From assembly GCA_951406725.2 (NCBI GenBank), contig OX597828.1, forward strand, positions 65,968,001 through 66,032,000: a stretch of DNA of 64,000 nt, given 5' to 3'. Positions 11,808-23,661 of the stretch are shown here, in pieces. Origin of the DNA: Octopus vulgaris. Lineage: Eukaryota. The notes under the pieces were generated by a model. That model did no database searches, was not told where the DNA came from, and saw nothing but the letters and a program-made list of their open reading frames with translations. The translations under genes were made by a program, and so were the position numbers. Each line of letters starts with the position of its first letter. The first letter of the stretch is position 1.

Positions 11808-12523
11808 TTTCTTTATATATATAATGGTGTGTGTGTTTAGATTTGTGGGACTTTCAGGTTTAGTCCCACTGTATGGCACCTCAAACAAATGTCATCTATA
11901 GCCCTAGGCTGACCAAAGGCTTGTGAGTGAATTTGGTTTACAGAAACTAAAAGAAGCCCATTATGTGTGTATGTGTCTGTGTGTGCGCTCACTTGTTGAT
12001 TGCAAACAGTAAGTTTACTGACAGTTTCATTTACTTGCAGTCTGCATTGAAAGCATGTCTAGGTTCTTACCATATTTTGATGTGTTGTGTGAAATTTTGT
12101 AAACAAGACACTTGTTCATATGATATCATTTGTTTCCAGTTCTCTAGATAAAACATGTCCGGGCTGTTTGTTGTTCAATAGACTAGAAGATAATTAACTC
12201 ATTTGGAAAACAAGTAGGAATTGGTGACAAGAAGGACAACCAGTGAAGACCCATACGAGCATGGAAGATTAATCTTTGATGATAATATGTATGTATGTAT
12301 TCATATCTATATCTATCTATATACATCTCTCTTTCTCTCTCTCTCTCTCTCTGCATATAGAGGCACCCAGCATTGCCCAGGAATGAAATTGTTCTTTATA
12401 TATTGGATGAAAAAAGCCAAATATGTTGTATAGAAATTTGTTATTCTAAATTCAATTTATTCTTCATTTGATATACAATTTATTCCTTAATTGAGAAATC
12501 AATTCTGAATTCATAATGCAAAA

Positions 12524-12788
<265 letters not shown>

Positions 12789-12857
12789 ATGGAAATACAA
12801 AATTTACCACTTTTATGAAAGGAGATATATTCTACCATATATGTTGGAGGAAATTAT

Positions 12858-14300
12858 GTAAGAGCTTCTGGGTAAAGAACATTCTTTGTTTTCTGGTTTG
12901 GAGCATAGACAAATAAGTTTTGCAAACTACCAACCTTGGAGTAACCAACATAATGTTGACCATGAGAAAAGCAAGTCAGTAGATTTCAAAGTCTGACCAT
13001 GAGCTTTATTAATAAGCATTGCAAAGCAAAGTCACATTGGGAATTGTGTTCGTTTGAACTCAAATAGCATGTCTGTTGGTTTGATTGGAATTCTTGGAAT
13101 GAAAACCTCTTTCCCAGAGGTACATCCAGTGATGATGGTAGCTTGTATCACATTAGGTGATAATGTCTTCACAATCAACCTTGTCCCATTGCATAATTTA
13201 GGAGGATCTAAATTTCTTAGAAGCATTATTAGGACTCCCACATTCAGAAAAAGTTTATGTGGAGGAGTTTCAGGTGGTTCAAGAGAATTAAGGAACTCTG
13301 TTGGGTAATGGACAGCTCGACCAATTTATTTCATCATCATCATCATCATCATCGTTTAACATCTGCTTTCCATGTTGGCATGGGTTGGACTGTTTGACTG
13401 AGGTCTGGCAAGCCAGTGGGTTGCACCAGGCTCCAATCTGATCAGGCAATGTTTCTACAGCTGGATGCCCTTCCTATAGCCAACCACACCAACAGTGTAG
13501 TGGGTGCCTTTTTTGTGCCACCGGCATGGGAGCCAGTCAGGGGCACTGGCATCAACCATGTTCAATTTATACTCCTTAATGATTGTTGGACTCTTATTTG
13601 TTAATTCATGGTTAATCCTTGCTATTGTTTCATTTTTTTGAGCAAGAATTTCCCTTTCACACAACCATTTATGCGAATTATTATTATTACTTAAGTCTGA
13701 TATCAGTATTCCCATCAAATGTTACTTTACCATTTCCTAATTGGAGGAGCCAGGTTGAAAACTGTTTTGCACATTGGCCCCATGTAGTAAAGCTCACATG
13801 TTGGTATTGAAGGAGAATTTCTGTACTCTTATTCCATAGGTGTGAAGACTTAATGCATGCTTTTATTTCATCAGGTCTTGTTTGTCTTGGAATGACTGGT
13901 AATGTCTGTCTGAAGTTTCCTGATAAAAACTAATGTAACTCCTTCCATAGATTCATTGTTGCTTCTGATGTCCTGTAAGTCTTACCAGGAGCTTCCATTG
14001 CACCTCTATGTGATATGATGCATTCATCCCAAATGGTAAGGTGGCATTGGCACAACACTTCTGCTGAACCTGAATCTTTGCTTATGTTACAAATTGGATG
14101 TCATTTGTGACCAGGTTTAGCAGTAATTTAAAAGCAGAATGAGCTGTTTGTCCTCTTGGGAGAATGGGGGCAACAAAGCCAGACAATGCTACAGCAGCTG
14201 CAATTCTTTTTTCTTGTCTTACCTTGGAGAGAAGCAATGTCATTAGAAATGTTTTACCTGTACCACAAAGAAGCATCAAGAAAGATCATTCTTCTGCTTT
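12858..14300 (-). pseudogene. Helitron PIF1-like helicase remnant
   Basis: GTGKTFL (Walker A), [61 protein letters not shown]; multiple stops and frameshifts. Confidence 0.9.
13332..13562 (-). mobile_element. RTE LINE 3'-end copy nested in the Helitron helicase
   Basis: (ATC)n tail and consensus; caatttat on both sides. Confidence 0.85.
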
Positions 14301-14793
14301 TTTCTGGCGATTGGGGAACACTACATGTGCTCACACACAAACACTCATACATATGCATACAGTCTCAACAGATGAAATGGACGTGTGTATGTGAGAGAGA
14401 GAGAGAGTTAGTCAAGGGATGTGTCATGTAAACATACATACATAAATAAGCAAACATCCTTTTTGTGTGTGTATGTGAGAGAGAGAGATAGTGAGTGCTA
14501 CTTAGACATCACTCTCTCTCTCTCACACACAGACATGCACACATACATACAGAAATGATGTAGGCATGTGTATGTATGTATGTATACATGACAACACACA
14601 CATACATAAATGTATACAAACGTACACACAAAAGCATGCATGTGTGACTGACTACAAATACATAGAGCTGAACACAGTGCGCAAAAAGTAAATAAATAAA
14701 ATCATTTTATAGAAATTAACTGTGTGCGAGTTCCAGCGAAAAAATGCTCGTAATTTTTGGATGCCCCATGTTGAATTGCAAAATTTTAATGTG

Positions 14794-15290
14794 ATCATCA
14801 TCATCATCATCATCGTTTAACATCCGTTTTCCATGCTAGCATGGGTTGGATGGTTCGACCGGGGTCTGGGAAGCCAGGAGGCTGCACCAGGCACCAGTCT
14901 GATCTGGCAGTGTTTCTACAGCTGGATGCCCGTCCTAACGCCAACCACTTCATGAGTGTAGTGGGTGCTTTTTACGTGCCACCGGGACAGGTGCCAGGGG
15001 AGGCTGGCAACAGCCATGATCAGTTGGTGGTTTTTACGTGCCACCGGCACGGAAGCCAGTCAGGGCGGCGCTGGCATTGGCAACGTACGGATAGTGCATT
15101 TTACATGCCACTGGCACAGGTATCGCAACCACAATTTCCATTTGATTTATGATGCTGACGTACTTGACTCAATAGGTCTCCTCAAGCACAGCAGGCTGTC
15201 CTGTGATCCAAGGCACTTTGGAAGGGCTGGGGCTTCTATGTGAAGCTGGTGCAGGAAACAGCCATGAACTCACATTATTTGTCGGATCAT
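14794..15290 (-). mobile_element. RTE LINE 3'-end copy (long 3' UTR)
   Basis: (ATC)n tail, consensus and several gtgccaccggcac modules. Confidence 0.85.
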
Positions 15291-15738
15291 TTGTGTAATA
15301 ACGAAATCAAACCTGGAATGTGTGTGTGTGAGATAGAGAGAGAGAGAGAGAGAGAGTGGAGAGAGAACATTGCATGCAATGAATGAGATAAAGAGGAAAT
15401 GAAAAAGAATCATATAAATAAAAGCACATTAAAAACTATCTTGTACTGAATATTTAAATTTGTGAACTTGGTAAATATTTCTTTCAGTAATTTACCATAG
15501 TTGTTTACAAATAGTGAATTAAAACTTGAAATGAAAACATCAAAATAACGAGTGAGAGACTTCGCCAATTTTACGTCAATACTGGAAGTTGACATTGAGA
15601 AACCGTTTTAAAGAAGTGAATATTATTTATTTCTAATAAAAAAATAAACTGATGACCCTATTAGGTACCCGAGGTCAAATTATTCATGCATCCCAAGTAT
15701 GGAAGCAAATTGTGCAGCTGTTTTCATGTGAAAAGCAA

Positions 15739-15799
<61 letters not shown>

Positions 15800-16539
15800 A
15801 ATATATATTCCACTCTTTGTTCTTTCATTCCCCCTCTCTCACATTTCCTTGCCTTCTCTTCATGCTCACTTTCCCTCCTCTTTTCACTTTACTGTGTCCC
15901 TGTCATTTTTTCTTGCCCCTCCTTATTTCTTCTGACCCTCTGCCTCTACCTCTCTCCCTTCTCTCCCCACATGACCAGTGTTCGGCCAAGCCTGACCTCT
16001 CTTTCTTGGTTCAACTACCATCTGTGCAAAATCTGTATTCCTCTCTGTGCCAATCAAATCTTATGTCCATACCGTAAGGCTTTACTTCCACACACGCCAG
16101 CTTAATTTAATTCGTCCTTAGTTGAAAGACACCCGTTGTTAATGTCCTGTTATCTGTATTTGTGTACCATTTCTCCGTTTTTTTCCGTCCTTATTTTCGT
16201 ATACATTCTCTGCTTTCTTCCAAGGAATCTAATGCTCTTAGCTTAGTTTTTCTTTGGGGCTGGCCAGATTGGAGTAATCTCGAGTATAACCAGCCGAAAT
16301 TGCGAAGATAATCTGGAACTCAACTGAGGAAAGAAAACTCCGAATGACCCATCCTTGTTTTTTTTGTATCGTCTATCTGGATGTTTTGTTGTCCCTTTTT
16401 TGTATCACCTAACTGTCTGGATGTTTTGCATTCTTGTCCAATTTTGTATTTTTTATATATATATATATTTATACACACACACACACACACAGACACTTCT
16501 ATACACACACATACAAATGGTATTTGTTGGGTCTTAGCA

Positions 16540-16775
16540 AAAAGACCTCTATCTCTAGAGGTCTTTTTGCATTGCCTCTGTGAGGTCCAATGTTTGAAGG
16601 TCATGCTTCACTACCTCATCCCATGTCTTCCTGGGTCTACCTTTACCCCAGATTCCTTCAACTGTTTGGGAGTGGCACTTCTTCACACAGCTCTCCTCAT
16701 CCATCCATAGTACATGACCATACCAGCGCAAATGTCTCTCTTGCACGCCACATCTGATGCTTCTTATGTCCAACT
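16540..16775 (-). mobile_element. RTE LINE ORF2 C-terminal fragment
   Basis: VQERHLRWYGHV...GRPRKTWDEVVKHDL, same as 19338-19643. Confidence 0.85.
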
Positions 16776-16779
16776 GCAA

Positions 16780-18040
16780 GTTTGTCAGTGGGATTTAATT
16801 CACGTATGTCCAGTGACTGGTTCTCAGATAGATCAGCAGAAATTCATGATCTACTTTTAGAAAAACAAAACTTAGGCGATACATTTTTTTCTCAGTCCTT
16901 GAACCCCAACTCAAACGAAGCTTACAGAAAGCTGAAGAGGAAAGTGCAGATTGCTCCAAGGAGAAAGTAAACAGGAATGGTGGAATGATAGAGCAAAAGG
17001 GGCACAAGAAGCAGCTGTTAGAAATGATGCCAAGGGTTTGTACTCTTATGTTAAGGAGGTATATGGCCCAAAATCTTCTTCGATAGCTCCAGTCAGAACA
17101 ACATATGGATGTTTGCTTCTGACTGACACTGCTTCTATTCATAAGCGCTGGGTAGAATATTTTTCCTTATTTTTGAACAGACCAGCAGGACGATAGAAAA
17201 ATTCGAACACCTTCCAGTTATAGAGGAGATGGCATTTGAACCAACCCTAAATGACATTTATTTAGCTGTGAATAAGCTGAATAACAATAAGTCTCCAGAG
17301 TCTGATGGAATCTGTGCAGAAGTCTTGAAATATGGGGATGACAAAATGTTTGAACTCTTGAATATATTAATTTGTCACTTTTGGAGAATTGAGAAAGTGC
17401 CTCAAGACTGAATTGATGCTGTTTTAGTCTCCTTGTATAAATCAGGGCCAATGGCTCTGTGTGGTAATTTTCATAGGATTTCGCTTTTGTCTGTGGTTGG
17501 AAAGGTACCTGCCTGCATTTTGTTAGAACGTTTAAATACCTTTATAGTTCCAAATGTAGTGTCTGAGTCTCAGTGTGATTTTCGTTCCTCCAGGGGCACA
17601 GCTGATTGTATCTTTACTGTCAGACAATTTCAGGAAAAGTGCATTGAACAGAATCTTGCTCTATGCCATTGCCCAGAAAAATTTGTAAACATGATCAGGG
17701 TTTTGCATCAAGATATGAAAGCTAGAGTTAACTTTGGTGGTAGGCTCTCTGAATCTTTTGCCATGGAAAATGGAGTAAAGGAAAGAGACCTTGATGCACC
17801 CACCCTCTTTGCAATGTACTTTGTTGTTGTGTTGTCACATGCTTTTCAAAACTCTGAGGAGGGTGTTTACATAAAATATCGAACAACAGGGAATGCTTTT
17901 AATCTGACCAGGCTGAAATTCAAAGCAAAGGTTTTTAATTCACTCATTAGGGAACACTGACGATTGCAATTTTGTCAGTCATTCTGAAACAGGTCTACAA
18001 TCTCTTGTATCTGCATTTGACTTGGCTGCTGAAGACTTGC
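16780..18040 (+). mobile_element. Decayed RTE-clade (BovB-like) LINE RT region
   Basis: NKSPESDGI, CGNFHRISLLSVVGKV, ESQCDFRSSRGTADCIFTVRQFQEKCIEQ, NGVKERDLDAPTLF; stops and deletions. Confidence 0.85.
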
Positions 18041-18847
18041 GTAGGTTTGAAAGAAATGAAGCTACTATGATCCTGGTGCAGCCTCCTGACTTGCCAGTCT
18101 TCAGTCAAACAGTCCAACCCATGCCAGCATGGAAAGTGGACGGTAAACGATAATGATGATGTTGATGATGATACATATATGTATATATGTATATATATAT
18201 CTTACTATAATGGGTGTTATGTCTGTCTGTTTAGCAAAAATAAGTGTGGAAAAGTATGATTATTTAGTGGATATTGAGGGTAATTGTTCAGTTTATGGGC
18301 ATAAAATAGTAAATAAAAATTACAGCCAAGTAAAAGGGAAGTAAGTCAACTTACTTCTCCACTGAATTACACCATTTAGTTCAGGATAGTTTTATTAAGG
18401 AATAATTGTGATGACTTTGGCTCATCTGTTACGCCATATATGAAAGTTTTAATTTAGGATAGTTTTATTGAGAAATGATTGTGATAGCTTTGGCTCATCT
18501 TTAATCGGTGTAGGAACAGTTAGCGATACTGTGTTTTGTATTAATAAATCACCTTTGATTTTTTTGTTAAAATTCCGGTGACGAGGATTAACTCTGCATT
18601 ACATCCCTATATAGTTCATGAATTTAAAGGGTTTAGATTTGTGATACTATCCTTTTATTTCCCATCATAGATGAGCAGATTCCTAAAGATTTTGCTTGTA
18701 CATTCACAGCAAAGAAGGCACTTTAGATCATGTAGGTGTATTTTAACCCACTCTGATGTTTGCACACAGCCAGTTATCCATCACTGTGAGTAGAGCAACA
18801 GACTCCTGTAATTTGAAAATTTTATATATATATATATATATATATAT

Positions 18848-21653
18848 CATCATCATCATCATCATTTAACGTCCGCTTTCCATGCTGGCATGGGTTGGAT
18901 GATTCAACTGGGGTCTGGGAAGCCAGAAGGCTGCACCAGGCCCAGTCTGATCTGGCAGTGTTTCTACAGCTGGATGCCCTTCCTAATGCCAACCACTCCA
19001 TGAGTGTAGTGGGTGTTTTTTACGTGCCACCGGCACGGAGGCCAGTCGGGCGGTGCTGGCTACGGCCACGTTCGGATGGTTCTCTTACGTGCCGCCGGCC
19101 ATGTTCGGATGGTTCTCTTACGTGCCGCCGGCCATGTTCGGATGGTTCTCTTACGTGCCGCCGGCACTGGTATCACAGCTACAAATTCCATTGATGTTGA
19201 TAGATTACGATTTGATTTTGATCTTGATCTTCACTTGCCTCAACAGGTCTTCACAAGTGGAGTTTTGTGTCCCAAGAAGGAAAGGAATGCATAAGTGGGC
19301 TGGCTACATCCCAGGTGTAGGCCACAGGATTATGGTCTCACTTGTCCTGCCGGGTCTTCTCACGCACAGTATGCTTCCATAGGTCTCGGTCTCTAGTCAT
19401 TTCCTCAGTGAGACCTAAAGTTTGAAGGTCATGCTTCACCATCTCATCCCAGGTTTTCCTGGGTCTACCTCTTCCACAGGTTCCCTCAACCGCTAGGGTG
19501 TGGCACTTTTTCATGCAACTATCTTCATCCATTCTTGCCACATGACCATACCAGCGCAAACGTCTCTCTTGCACACCACAACTGATGCTTCTTATGTCTA
19601 ACTTTTCTCTCAAAGAACTTACACTCTGTCGAGTATACTCCATCGGAGCATACTGGCTTCATTTCTTGCAAGCTTACGCATATCCTCAGCAGTCACGGCC
19701 TATGTTTCACTGCCATGTAGCATAGCTGTTCGTACACATGCGTCATACAATCTGCCTTTTACTCTGAGCGAGAGGCCTTTTGTCACCAGCAGAGGTAAGA
19801 GCTCTCTGAACTTTGCCCAGGCTATTCTTACTCTAGCAGTTACACTTTCAGTGCACCCACCCCCGCTGCTGACTTGGTCACCTAGGTAACGGAAGCTATC
19901 AACTACTTCTAGTTTTTCTCCCTGGAATGTGGCGGAAGATGGTCTCTGCGTATTTTCAGTGTTTATTTCTCCCGAGCATCTGCCACATACAAAAACTATT
20001 TTCCTAGTTAGCATTCCTTTGACATTGCTGCACCTCTTATGTGTCCATAGCTTACACTTGGTGCATCTTATAGAGTTTCTACCTACGCCTTTTCTACAGA
20101 TTGAGCAGGGCCATCTACCTGAGGGTGTTTGTGATTTGTCTACCTTCCTACTTATTAGAACTTTGGTTTTAGCTAGGTTGACTCTAAGGCCCTTCAATTC
20201 TAATCCTTGCTTCCACACCTGAAACTTCTCCTCCAGTTCTGATAGTGACTCAGCAATTAGGGCAAGGTCATCAGCATAGAGGAGCTCCCAGGGGCAACCT
20301 GTCTTGAATTTCTCCGTTATTGCTTGGAGGACTATGATAAATAGGAGAGGGCTGAGGACTGAACCTTGGTGGACCCCTACCTCTGCCCGGAATTCTTCAC
20401 TGTACTCGTTGCCAACCCTCACCTTACTAACAGCATCCCTGTACATGGCTCGTACAGCTCTCACTATCCATTCATCTATCCCTAGTTTCCTCATTGACCA
20501 CCAGATAAGGGATCGGGGGACCCTGTCAAAGGCTTTCTCCATGTCGACGAAAGCCAGGTACAGAGGTTTATTTTTGGCTAGGTATTTCTCCTGCAGCTGT
20601 CTCACCAGAAATATGGCATCAGTGGTGCTTTTCCCTGGCACGAATCCAAACTGCATCTCGTCCAAGTTGACTCTCTCCCTAATCAGTTGGGCTATGACCC
20701 TCTCCGTAACCTTCATTACCTGATCCAACAGCTTGATACCTCTGTAATTATTTGTATCTAGGGCGTCACCTTTACCTTTGTAGCAGTTGACTATTATGCT
20801 GCTACACCAGTCATTGGGTATGACTCCTTCGTGTATCACCTGGTTAACTATACGGGTGACTAGGCTATGGCCAACACTGCCAGATATTTTGAGCATCTCT
20901 GCAGTAATTCCTGATGGGCCTGGGGCTTTCCCTGTCTTCATGCTTCTAATTGCCTTAACTACCAAAGAACTGTCAACTCGGATAGCTGGTCCCTCTGTTG
21001 GGTCGACATTCGGCAGACTCTCTTTATCCCATTCATTTTCTTTATTCAGCAACCTTTCATAGTGGCATCTCCAAACTTCTCTCTTTGCATCCTCATTTAG
21101 TGCAAGTGAACCATCATCCATGCGGACACATTTCTCTCCTACCACATCACGATTCTCTCCCACACACAGTCTTGCAACACGAAATACCTCAAGTCTTTGG
21201 TCCTCACAGTGCAGAACATTGGCAAATTTTTTGTTATCTGCTTCCCCTCTGGCTAAATAAACCTGTCTCCTAGCTTCCCTTCTGGCAGTCTGATACAATT
21301 CCCTGCTACCTCCATTCTTCCAGTCCCTCCAAGCCTGTTTCTTTTGTCTAATAGCCCTGTCAACCACATTGTTCCACCACCACATTACCCTGGGTCGAGA
21401 TGGGACTTTGCTCCATCCACAGATCTGGTCAGTGGCTGTCAGCAGATTGTCCCGTAGAAACCTCCAGTTTTCTTCCACATTATGTGAAGCTATATCCCCT
21501 TCTATGTCATCGAAGACTTCGAGTAGCACGTCTCTAAATCTCTGTCCATTTGCAGGATCTTTAAGCTTCCAGATCCTTCTCCTCCAAGCTGGTCTTCTTC
21601 TGGGCAACTATTTAGCTCTGATCCTGAAGTCGCTAACTACTAATCTATGTTGA
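18848..21653 (-). mobile_element. RTE-clade LINE, 5'-truncated, with RT, PHD-like finger, 3' UTR and (GAT)n tail
   Basis: 635-aa ORF 19700-21607, continuation 19338-19643 (RRLRWYGHV, GRPRKTW), 3' UTR ending ggacgttaaatgatgatgat on the minus strand. Confidence 0.95.
19700..21607 (-). CDS. RTE LINE ORF2 reverse transcriptase (partial; premature stop)
   Basis: KAPGPSG, NYRGIKLL, QFGFVPGKSTTDAIF, FVDMEKAFDRV, GVHQGSVLSPLLF, LLYADDL, FRYLG. Confidence 0.9.
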   Translation of the reverse strand: MPRRRPAWRRRIWKLKDPANGQRFRDVLLEVFDDIEGDIASHNVEENWRFLRDNLLTATDQICGWSKVPSRPRVMWWWNNVVDRAIRQKKQAWRDWKNGGSRELYQTARREARRQVYLARGEADNKKFANVLHCEDQRLEVFRVARLCVGENRDVVGEKCVRMDDGSLALNEDAKREVWRCHYERLLNKENEWDKESLPNVDPTEGPAIRVDSSLVVKAIRSMKTGKAPGPSGITAEMLKISGSVGHSLVTRIVNQVIHEGVIPNDWCSSIIVNCYKGKGDALDTNNYRGIKLLDQVMKVTERVIAQLIRERVNLDEMQFGFVPGKSTTDAIFLVRQLQEKYLAKNKPLYLAFVDMEKAFDRVPRSLIWWSMRKLGIDEWIVRAVRAMYRDAVSKVRVGNEYSEEFRAEVGVHQGSVLSPLLFIIVLQAITEKFKTGCPWELLYADDLALIAESLSELEEKFQVWKQGLELKGLRVNLAKTKVLISRKVDKSQTPSGRWPCSICRKGVGRNSIRCTKCKLWTHKRCSNVKGMLTRKIVFVCGRCSGEINTENTQRPSSATFQGEKLEVVDSFRYLGDQVSSGGGCTESVTARVRIAWAKFRELLPLLVTKGLSLRVKGRLYDACVRTAMLHGSET

Positions 21654-21719
21654 GATCATCATCATCATCTTCGTTTAGCATACGCTTTCCATGCTAGCAT
21701 GGGTTATATATATTTATAT

Positions 21720-22014
21720 ATTCGAATGTGATCGTTACCAACGTCGCCTTACAAGCACCTGTGCCGGTGGCATGTGTAAAAAGATTTGAGCGAGGTCATT
21801 GCCAATATTGCCTGACTGGCCCCCGTGTTGGTGGCACATAAAATGCACCCACTACACTCTGAGTGGTTAGCGTTAGGAAGGGCATCCAGCTGTAGAAACT
21901 CTGCCAGATCAAGATTGGAGCCTGGTGCAGCCATCTGGTTCGCCAGCCCTCAGTCAAAATCGTCCAACCCATGCTAGCATGGAAAGCAGATGTTAAACGA
22001 TGATGATGATGATG
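21720..22014 (+). mobile_element. RTE LINE 3'-end copy
   Basis: Consensus ending gttaaacgatgatgatg; a short opposite-strand end lies at 21655-21705. Confidence 0.85.
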
Positions 22015-22492
22015 TTGGCCAAATAGAAAATATCGTCTACAAAGAAGTTTTGTAATCATATTGATATTATCGAAAAGAATATGTTTCATATTTTAAATAA
22101 GGAAATTTGTGATCTTTGAATATAAACAAGCGTAAAATAGTGTAAACAACTAAAATAAAAGTATATCTAAATAGCAATTTTTCTTAATACTTTTTATGTA
22201 GTGGTCGAAGGAAGCTCTAACTTTCCTCATGAGTGGTCCACATAACCATTCATGATAGATACAAAGGCTGGGAGCCTATTTCAGTTCAGGAGTGAATCAT
22301 CACATGTCACTGAGTCACAAACACACGTCATATAGCTGCAATAGAATGCTGTATCACCAACAATAATGTGATTTCTCTAAGACATTGCCCAGTAATCTTT
22401 CAAGTTCATTTACACATTTCTCAATACATACTACTGCTATGACTTTCCTCCCTCATTTTATGCCTCCATCATAGATGGGTAGATTTGCAAGT

Positions 22493-22830
22493 ATCATCAT
22501 CATCATCATTTAACGTCCGTTCTCCATGCTAGCATGGGTTGGACGGTTCGACCGGGGATCTGGGAAGCCAGAAGGCTGCACCAGGCTCCAGTCTGATCTG
22601 GCAGTGTTTCTACAGCTGGATGCCCTTCCTAACGCCAACCACTCCGTGAGTGTAGTGGGTGCTTTTTACGTGCCACCTGCACAGGTGCCAGGCGAGGCTG
22701 GAAACGGCCACGGTCGGATTGGTGTATTTTATGTGCCACCGGCACGGAAGCCAGTCGAGGCGGTGCTGGCATCGGCCACGAGTCGGATAGTGCTTTTTAC
22801 GTACCACCAGACCAGGGATCCTGGCTGGTT
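22493..22830 (-). mobile_element. RTE LINE 3'-end copy
   Basis: (ATC)n tail and consensus. Confidence 0.85.
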
Positions 22831-22938
22831 CAATTCGATTTCGATATGTGTATGTACTTGTGCCACATAAAAAGCACTAAGTCCACTCTGCTGAATAAAG
22901 AAGCATTGTTTTTGACAAAATAATGTGATTGCAAAAGA

Positions 22939-23150
22939 GTTAACCCTTTAGAGTTTAGACTGGCCATATCTGACCCAAATATTCTACTTGTTTCATATGT
23001 TGACTGGCCAAATCTAGCCTCTCACACTTATCTAACAATGTCATTCTAAAAAATAAATAATCGCATTATTGAAATCTTGAAGCTATGAGAAAATGTGTAA
23101 TTAAATCAAAACAATGTAAATACATAAACATTCGTTTGTCCAAGTAATTT
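22939..23150. mobile_element. piggyBac-like MITE (TTAA/CCCTTT end)
   Basis: ttaaccctttag..actggccatatc..cccaaatattctactt; homologous to 58977-59499 and 60700-61390. Confidence 0.6.
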
Positions 23151-23211
23151 ACAACAACGTCTTTATTGATTTTTAAATTTTTTAATTTTTATTCTATTTT
23201 TTTTTTTTTAG

Positions 23212-23661
23212 TGTCATCTTTCATAGACACTGCCGATGTAGGAGAATCAAGTATGAATAAAAATGGCAATGATATTCCACACCCTCATTGGTTGGCAGAG
23301 AACCGACTTACAACATTTCAAAACTGGACTAATAAACATGTGTCAAAGGAACGGATTGCTGAAGCTGGATTTATTTATACAGGAGGAGACAGCAAAGTAA
23401 AATGTGTTTTTTGTTATTTAATAATCGATGAATGGAATGAAGGCGATGACCCTTTCGAGAAACACCAAGAACTGAATGCGTTTTGTCCCTTTTTGAAAAT
23501 CCAAGCAAAAAAGACTGCATCAGAGAACAATATAATCGTACATAAACCCTATTTTCCACAATACAGTTCAAAAGGCTCAAGAGAACTAACGTTTGAAACA
23601 TGGCCAAGAGGTCAATATCCACCGCCAAAACTATTAATTGATTCAGGATTCTTTTACACAG
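23212..23661 (+). CDS. IAP exon: BIR1 and N-half of BIR2 (ATG at 23253)
   Basis: poly-T acceptor AG 23210-23211; RLTTFQNW..AEAGFIYTG..KCVFC..WNEGDDPFEKH..CPF; SGFFYTG; donor GT 23662. Confidence 0.95.

Noticed and set aside
16250-16305. ggctgg...ccagccGAAA as a hammerhead stem II
   Set aside because: No CUGANGA box or cleavage triplet recognisable
19064-19165. CRISPR-like repeat-spacer appearance of the gtgcc..ggcac modules
   Set aside because: Eukaryotic LINE 3' UTR; units are degenerate or tandem, with no cas genes or leader
23166-23211. ORF-track N-terminus MIFKFFNFYSIFFFL as a signal peptide
   Set aside because: It is the intron polypyrimidine tract before the acceptor
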